Shown here one piece after another: positions 56,925 through 64,000 of a stretch of DNA of 64,000 bases (positions are counted from its first letter, which is position 1; every line of letters starts with the position of its first letter). The stretch is from Octopus vulgaris (taxonomy: Eukaryota). The stretch spans positions 210,366,001-210,430,000 of the forward strand of contig OX597814.1 of the NCBI GenBank assembly GCA_951406725.2, in the 5' to 3' direction. A model generated the notes under the pieces. It was not told the DNA's origin. It saw only the letters and a program-made list of their open reading frames with translations, and did no database searches. A program made the position numbers and the translations under genes.

Positions 56925-57120
56925 AGGCGCGTGGCATATCGGTTAGGGCAATGGGCTCATGATTGCAAGTCATGAGTTCCATTCCCAGCGACGCGTTGTG
57001 TCCTTGAGCATAGCATTTTATTTCACGTTGCTCTAGTTCCCTCAGCTGGCAAAAATTGAGTAGTACTTGTAATTCAAAGCACCATCCTTGTCTCACCTGT
57101 GTCACGTTGAATCGCCTTGC
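56925..57120 (+). mobile_element. SINE family C
   Basis: ggcgcgtggc..ggttagggc..gagttccattcc..gttgtgtccttgagca..tttcacgttgctc. Confidence 0.8.
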
Positions 57121-57731
57121 GAACTAAGTTCCGTTGATTTTTATCTACCTGATCCCTTGACGTTGTAACCTATGGAGTACCACTCTGGTACCGGAACGCC
57201 AAGCTAATTAGTAATGTAAGAATTACTTGAATGAATCTATATTTTCAATTCAATGTAGATTTTGTTTCTAGATTCTTTAACGAATATATAAAACGCAGAC
57301 AAGATGTGATTCTATTTTCAACATAGCAAATCACGTCAGGGTAAAATCTACAAATTTTATTCATATAACTTTAGGTATATTAAGAATTATACAGGATATG
57401 TTATTGAGTAGGATACATTACATTTCAGGATACGATTCGTGGTATCACTACATTCGATTTGGTAAGCAATATATAAATGGAAATCATTATTTAAAAAAGC
57501 CAGAGGTAAAAGAAAATGTGGAAGAGACACTCAGTGGAACACATATGTTTTAACTATGACAAGGTGTAAAGATAACTGTTTATATATATGTTCTGCTTTG
57601 TTTTTGATTTAGAGTTAATCATATTCGACCAGTGAATACTGTTTCAATGTGGGATTTACAATTATCTAATAACCAAGCTAATAGTTTGTGTACAAATACT
57701 ACAAAATGTAGTCATTTTTAATTCTGGAAAC

Positions 57732-57789
<58 letters not shown>

Positions 57790-57815
57790 AAAAAAACAAC
57801 AAGAATGGATTAAAA

Positions 57816-57903
57816 TCTCGGTACGATCGTTTCGTACGAGGACATCTTTAATAAGCTACAAAAAATGCAGTGAATACAGATGGCTCGTACTCGTCAGCCG
57901 AGA
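57816..57903 (-). ncRNA. Type I hammerhead ribozyme, fully canonical
   Basis: Minus strand: tctcgg CTGACGA gtacgag c catct ... agatg tc ctcgtac GAAA C gatc G TA ccgaga; perfect 6-bp stem I, 7+5-bp stem II opening with G-C, 2-bp stem III with palindromic GATC loop, GUA site. Confidence 0.88.
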
Positions 57904-58199
57904 AACCATCAGAGAATTCCCAAACATCAAAAGGGGTAGATACAAAAGAGGTTGTAAGATTAACTGCATTGAATTCACTTGAATCTCAATTACTTAACCG
58001 TATATATATATATATATTTATATATAATAGCACTGCTATACACACACCGATTTGCCTATAAACATATAGATTTATGAGAGTGTACACATGATGTCACTAT
58101 TGTGTACATTGTTATTGATAATTTCTTCCCAAATATCTCTATGTAATATAAATACGTGGTTACATCACATCGGTTTGTGAGTGAAATACTGCAGGGATG

Positions 58200-58780
58200 A
58201 GGTATTGTTGCGAGTAACGAAAATTTCGAATTATCTGCAGTGTCTAACAAGAAAGCTATTAATTATATTTCCCTTAATGAAACATAAACTCAATAAGTAG
58301 TGCCGGAAACTCAGGTGGTGCTTGTCTATAGCTTGAATCAATGACGATATACAATTCAGTATTGCCGCAACTCTACGCTGATATATCTCGTCTGTAAACG
58401 ACTTGTCGATATTTACTAGTGACGGTTTGGGGAAAAACGATCTCACTTGGGAAGACTCGATTCGATATTTTAAATCAATTAATAATACTGATGTCGTGGA
58501 CAACGTTTCCATTTATTACTCAATAGATTTCTTGAACCAATTGAAACCACGAACAAAATTAATTATCTGTAGAATGGACAGTGTTACAAGGTGCAGAATA
58601 TTAAATGTCATCTTGCCCTTTCCACGTCTTTCTATTTATGACTTGAATGATGCTTCAAACGCACGATCCATTCAAATTAGTCTTAGTATATTACTTGAGA
58701 ATGCAATGAAGGATGACATGCTGCTTAATGTATCCATGAAGCACGGAGTCTTATAAAACCCGCGATCTGTACACTATGTT
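58200..58780 (-). mobile_element. Possible very old non-LTR RT remnant
   Basis: Ordered weak motifs L*DSVLHGYI (AYDSVPH), NRVFPSEIVFP (RGIFQGD.LSP) and LLDTADNSKF (YADD). Confidence 0.3.
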
Positions 58781-59034
58781 CATATCGTTAACAGGATTAT
58801 AGATGAATCTTTCTCTGGAAAGAATGCAAGTCTGTTACATGTAATATCTATAAAATTAAGTCAACCATGAAAGAATGCATTTCTTTTATCGCAGGAACAT
58901 AGTACATAGTAATAAATCAGAACATTTAATTTCAATTGCTTACGTAATCAGTGTATTCCATGTAACTATATGGATATGTGTGCGTGTGTATCTATTTATC
59001 CGTCTATCTGTCTATCTCCATGTATATATATATA

Positions 59035-59038
<4 letters not shown>

Positions 59039-59097
<59 letters not shown>
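59039..59097. repeat. (GA)n microsatellite
   Basis: Directly visible. Confidence 0.97.
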
Positions 59098-59100
<3 letters not shown>

Positions 59101-60349
59101 GTTAAATGTTAGTAAAAAATGAAATCATATTAAAATTTTGCACTCTTTTATTGATGGCTTTTGCATTTATTCAATGGAGTGGAGATTTGACCTTATAAGA
59201 GTGTTCACAAATATAAACCTGGAGTTTAAATAAGGCACGCTCTGTATATTATAATGTATTCGTAACTGGTTTTTGCTTTTGCGATGTATTTTAGGAGATA
59301 ATTTTGGAGGTGGTTTGGACTTGCACATGAGCCCTCTTCATGGAAGTTCATCAAGCATGTGGGCCTAGAATTTGAAAGCATATTGTTCATCTAGTTGTAT
59401 TCTAAACATGATTAATGTGAGTGGTCTGTTGTAGGTTTCTGTTTTTCTATGTATATTACAATTACATATAATGCTGGGTGTGACGAATCACTTAAAAGCT
59501 TATTCAAAATTTCACAACTGCTCCCAAATCCCCAGTAAGTATCAATTATAATACTCTTTATGAAGAGATTTTCTCAAATTTGTATTGAATATTTCTAATT
59601 TATTCATAAACTCTCATTGACATATTGAAAGTTGTGACATTAAGCAATTTATATTATCATAAGCTATCTAGCACGCTATCTAGCTTTTCTAGATCAAATA
59701 GAAATACTTAACTCGTATGAACCGGAGAAATCTCACGTTTTATGAAATTTCTTATTTCTATTTTCATAGTGGAATATGTGATTGTGACATTATCGAATAC
59801 ATTTTAATATTTTGTATGTCTTTGATATCCTTTTATTGTTAAATGCGTAAAATTTCCACAATAAAGAATGTGAAATGCGTGACAGTATTTGGAAATAAAG
59901 CCACAAAGATGTAAAATTAGATGCTTAAAATAGACAGGGGAGTTGGTTGTAACCAACAACGCACTAGTCTTGTAAGCACTTGAAACTCAGCAGACTTGTA
60001 ACATTAACACACGCACATCCCACTTATTGGATTAAAGGGTGTCAAATGGATATGAAATGATTGGGATGAGATACATGACGTTGGTATGAGATATATGGAT
60101 AGCTATGATGTGGTGAGAATTTGTGTCCCAGTTGTCTTTAAAACAGAGATAAAATAGGCCGATACAGGAAAGTATAGGTACGACGGTCTTGGAATGGTAC
60201 AAGACAAAAATGGACACGATATGGATAAGATAAGAAAACAAAGACATTATACTAAATATTTAGTCAAATCAACATAATAAAGTTACTCTTAATAAGGCTA
60301 CAACACTGCATTAGAAAGATCCAATATTAATAGTATAACTCATATTGAA

Positions 60350-60840
60350 CCAAATATAGATACAGCAAGAAGACGTAGACAGATTAAAATAATATAATAC
60401 AATATTCTATATTGCAAGAATGTGGCTACACCTAAGCTGGAAAACTCCTGGAACTAACTGATAAGCACTTCCCCCACTCGCATAAATACCATAAGAGCTT
60501 TAAGAATACGTTGACAGTTAGCTTCATGTGACTCCACAACATAAGATCGATCATTTTCAACCACAATAAAAATAACAACATTAAGAGTATTGCCAAATTC
60601 TCGTTTTATTTAATGCCTACGAGTACCTGACCTCTGAATAATAGGTGCCTCAAAATACTATTAATGTGCAAGGGTAGCATTATATATTTGAAGGGAACAG
60701 CTAAAATACATTGAAATAGCGGAAAACACCTTCGAAATGTTATATAACGCAACAATTGCGTTCATTCAGAAATAAAAGCAAAAGGACAGAGACCGTCTTT
60801 ATCCAAAATTGTATGGACACTTACAGAGAAGGACGTGAAG
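60350..60840 (+). mobile_element. Penelope-like linker and GIY-YIG remnant
   Basis: RRRRQIKII.YN..YCKNVAT..LLELTDKHFPHSHKYHKSF..NIRSIIFNHNK..PLNNRCL..SFRNKSKRTET.LSK.VW (compare IIWFNPPYSKNV.TN.GK.FL.LIDKHFP in PLE ORFs). Confidence 0.7.
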
Positions 60841-60922
60841 ACACGTCCCTCTCTGTATAAATCGGGATAAATTGGAGACCCAAACAAAAAACGTATAATA
60901 TAGTTAAATAAATAAATAAATA

Positions 60923-61004
<82 letters not shown>

Positions 61005-61361
61005 ATTTTATTACTGAGTATGTCATGTGCATATATTTTTATTATTTGGGATATTCTCGCAGTTAATCTATGGGGAATGCAGTTCTTTACACAAATCCGG
61101 GAAAACAGACAAGAAGTAAGATTTCCTTATAAGTTGTCTTCCCTGATATGTATGAACACATGCTTTGAAAGCTTGTATAGCCTGGTTTTCCTTCGTGTAT
61201 TCTCATCCTAAATGGAGATGAGTACCAACGGTACCATGCGCTTCAGAATTGTAAAGAGACGCTGCAAGAAATCATTGGTAGCCTTGTTGTCCCACAAATA
61301 AAGATTACTTATCTACTAATCCATGTGTTGGGTACTCATTCTCACTGTTTCATATCAGAGG

Positions 61362-61420
<59 letters not shown>

Positions 61421-61423
61421 TGG

Positions 61424-61483
<60 letters not shown>

Positions 61484-61571
61484 CTAATGTAGGATAACAT
61501 TTTTTTTTCGGGAAAAAATTTTTATCAATGGCCAGCATATCAAAAAATACCTTTAAAGGTAAAATTTATAA

Positions 61572-61796
61572 ATAATTTACAAAATAAAGGCAAAAGAAAA
61601 ATTCTAATGCCAAATATACCGAAAAAAAAAATTGTCAATAACCATTATAATTTATGCGTCTCGAAACAAATCGATAGAAATTTCTAAAAAATCCGTTATT
61701 ACCGTATCGAGACGCATAAATTATAATGGTTATTGACAATTTTTGTCTTTTTTTCGGCATATTTGGCATTAAATTTTTCTTTTGACCTTATTTTGT

Positions 61797-61803
<7 letters not shown>
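61572..61803. repeat. ~92-bp-arm imperfect fold-back with a 42-bp spacer, ending in (TA)n
   Basis: 61572-61664 is the reverse complement of 61707-61803; the inner ~37 bp pair perfectly. Confidence 0.92.
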
Positions 61804-61858
<55 letters not shown>

Positions 61859-61859
<1 letters not shown>

Positions 61860-62227
61860 TAGCAGTATCGCCCGGCGTTGCTCAGGTTGTAAGGGAAATA
61901 ACTATAAAGCATTTTTAGAGAGTTATAGCCCAAAAATAGCAAAAAAATGGAAAAAAATGATGGTAAATTTTTTTATTTTTAATTAAAAAAGGTGGAGTTG
62001 CGTCCCCTAGACAGTCTGTGGTTTTGTGTTTATGATTCTCGACCCCATGTCGAATTTATCGATTTTTTTCAGAACTGGGGGAACTTTTCAAAATTTTCGC
62101 TGCGTTAGTTTTGAATTATGACATTGGGCTATGTGTGTGTCAAGTTTCATCAGAATCGGTTGAAAGCCGTGGTCAGGGTGAGGGTACAAGCAAACAGACA
62201 CACAGAAGCACGCACAGACAAACTGCC

Positions 62228-62240
<13 letters not shown>
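61859..62240 (-). mobile_element. Non-autonomous Helitron-like element
   Basis: One end is a|CTAG followed about 8 nt later by the GC-rich hairpin-like cccggcgttgctcagg (Helitron 3' signature on the - strand); internal aagtttcatcagaatcgg and (caga)n-like segment before the other end. Confidence 0.65.
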
Positions 62241-62275
<35 letters not shown>

Positions 62276-62279
<4 letters not shown>

Positions 62280-62500
62280 AGAGTTTACGAAAAAAAAAAA
62301 GACGAAGACAGGTGATATACAAAACCAACAGATGTATTAGTATAATGCTCAGGAATAGAAAAAATATTTTACGTTTCGAGCCTACGCTCTTCTACAGACA
62401 GAAAGGGACATAGAAAAAACAAGTAGAGAAACGAGGAGAGAAAAAAAGGAGAGAAAAAAGGAGAGAAAAAATGTGTGTAGTAGCTAACGATCTATCATGG
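62276..62500 (-). mobile_element. Short interspersed repeat (probable PLE 3' terminus) with a hammerhead-like remnant
   Basis: Homologous to 3636-3790; minus strand ctgtaga agagc gtag gctc GAAA cg TA; lies between (TA)n tracts. Confidence 0.6.
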
Positions 62501-62509
62501 TGAGATATA

Positions 62510-62552
<43 letters not shown>

Positions 62553-63250
62553 ATACATGTATATCTGTGTATGTGTGTAGGTACATGCTTGCAAAAGTAT
62601 CTGTGTTTTTCAGTCGCTAAAGTGTACCATACGGTATAACTATAATTCTTCCCTTGCTCTCTTCATGTGATAATGTTAATTAGTATTACTGTCATAATCA
62701 TCATCTGTATTTTATTTCCCTTCTTAGTTTTCTAATTTGAAATAGGCTAATTTGGAGGGGCGCATAGATGAACGTTCTTATCAGAAACCCATCAACATAT
62801 TCAGCACAGAGAAACAGCGAGAATAATGCTATATGTTCACCACAACATGGTTGAATGTATATGATGTTTCGAATGTATTTCTGTCTCAACTAATCAGCTT
62901 TTACTGTTTCTGCTCCACAGAGTTGTGATGGTGACGATAATGACCATAACTATGAAAGCGATGATGATTATGATGGTGTTAGGATTTTCTCATTTTGGTG
63001 CTGGTGTTAGCATTGTTTGCGGCGGTGATGGGAAAGGCGATTATAGATGTTGGATTTAATAATACTGACGTCGGAGAGAACTTACATAATCTTGCTTCAT
63101 TTACATTTATATTGTAAAGCGAATTATGAATACAAAAAAGCTGCCAAAACATATATACGCATAATTGTAATAATATAGGCCAGGAATACTTACTACAAGA
63201 TGTCTGTGATAAATATTCTATCAATATTATATGTATGAATGTATGTTTAC

Positions 63251-63296
<46 letters not shown>

Positions 63297-63489
63297 CTAT
63301 AGACATATATGTAACAATATACCTATACATGTATACATATATATGTCTAAATTTATATATATTTATATTAATATATATGTATACGTATGTATGTCTCATT
63401 TCTCTCACAAAGAAAATCCTGGGCATTGCTTTAAAGTGTTTAATGAAACTAATCATACTAATATTTTAGGTGTGATACTCTCCTGGGGC

Positions 63490-63750
63490 TTACGGGCATC
63501 TGAAAGCATATCAAACTACCACCGGTCGTTAAGCTTTTACCATAGGGAACGCAACGAAACACAAATACACATATATATGCATACATATACCTTGGAATTT
63601 CACTCCGTGCTTTTCCAACAGTTTCACTTATATTGGTAGGTCTTAGGTCATAGTACATAGTATAAGACACTTGGCCAAGGTGACGCACGGTAGATCTGAA
63701 TCTTAAACCTTGTTGCTTCAAATCGATTTCTTAAAAACACAGTCCAGCCT
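63490..63750 (-). mobile_element. SINE family A, highly degenerate
   Basis: tataagacacttggccaaggtgacgcacgg corresponds to the reverse complement of the ccttgggcaagtgtctt core. Confidence 0.5.
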
Positions 63751-64000
63751 ACTGGAAGTGTGATTGTTGTGTTATATTTCCAACAAGGAAAAGCTTTTAA
63801 AAATGTGTGGAAAGTTGGGAAAACGATGCAATAATAAATGAAACAAAACGTTTAAGATTTTTGCGGTACATGTACTCGGTGTAAGGTGGTGAAGAAATTT
63901 GAGTAAAATAACACATAGAAAAGTCGGAAGATTGTAGTATCGGTACTTACGCTGGAAATACAAAAAATATAGCATCAATGTGTCTTGTTCTAAAAGTGTG

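Noticed and set aside
58403-58756. 117-aa plus-strand ORF
   Set aside because: No recognisable domain; more likely antisense to a decayed RT

Overview
AT-rich, repeat-dense eukaryotic DNA with no intact protein-coding gene; almost all listed ORFs are microsatellite translations (YIYI, poly-I/N/L, YLSI). The repeat landscape (three tRNA-derived SINE families, very long (TA)n/(TAA)n/(TATC)n tracts) looks like an Octopus-type cephalopod intron or intergenic region; this is my inference from recognising the repeats, not a search result. Recognisable elements are decayed Tc1, mariner and maT-like DNA transposons, a non-autonomous Helitron, RTE, CR1 and R4/Dong-like LINE remnants, and Penelope-like (PLE) RT and GIY-YIG remnants. 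A possible host exon lies at 17-81. Two signals stand out. (1) A dispersed set of sequence-unrelated type I hammerhead ribozyme motifs sits in short segments next to (TA)n tracts: one is fully intact (57816-57903, - strand) and several are near-intact or degenerate (20309-20386, 21150-21223, 21416-21473, 23112-23156, and others). (2) Young 75-90 bp fold-back inverted repeats recur, most of them ending at a (TA)n tract. Coordinates were read by eye; the edges of decayed elements are approximate.
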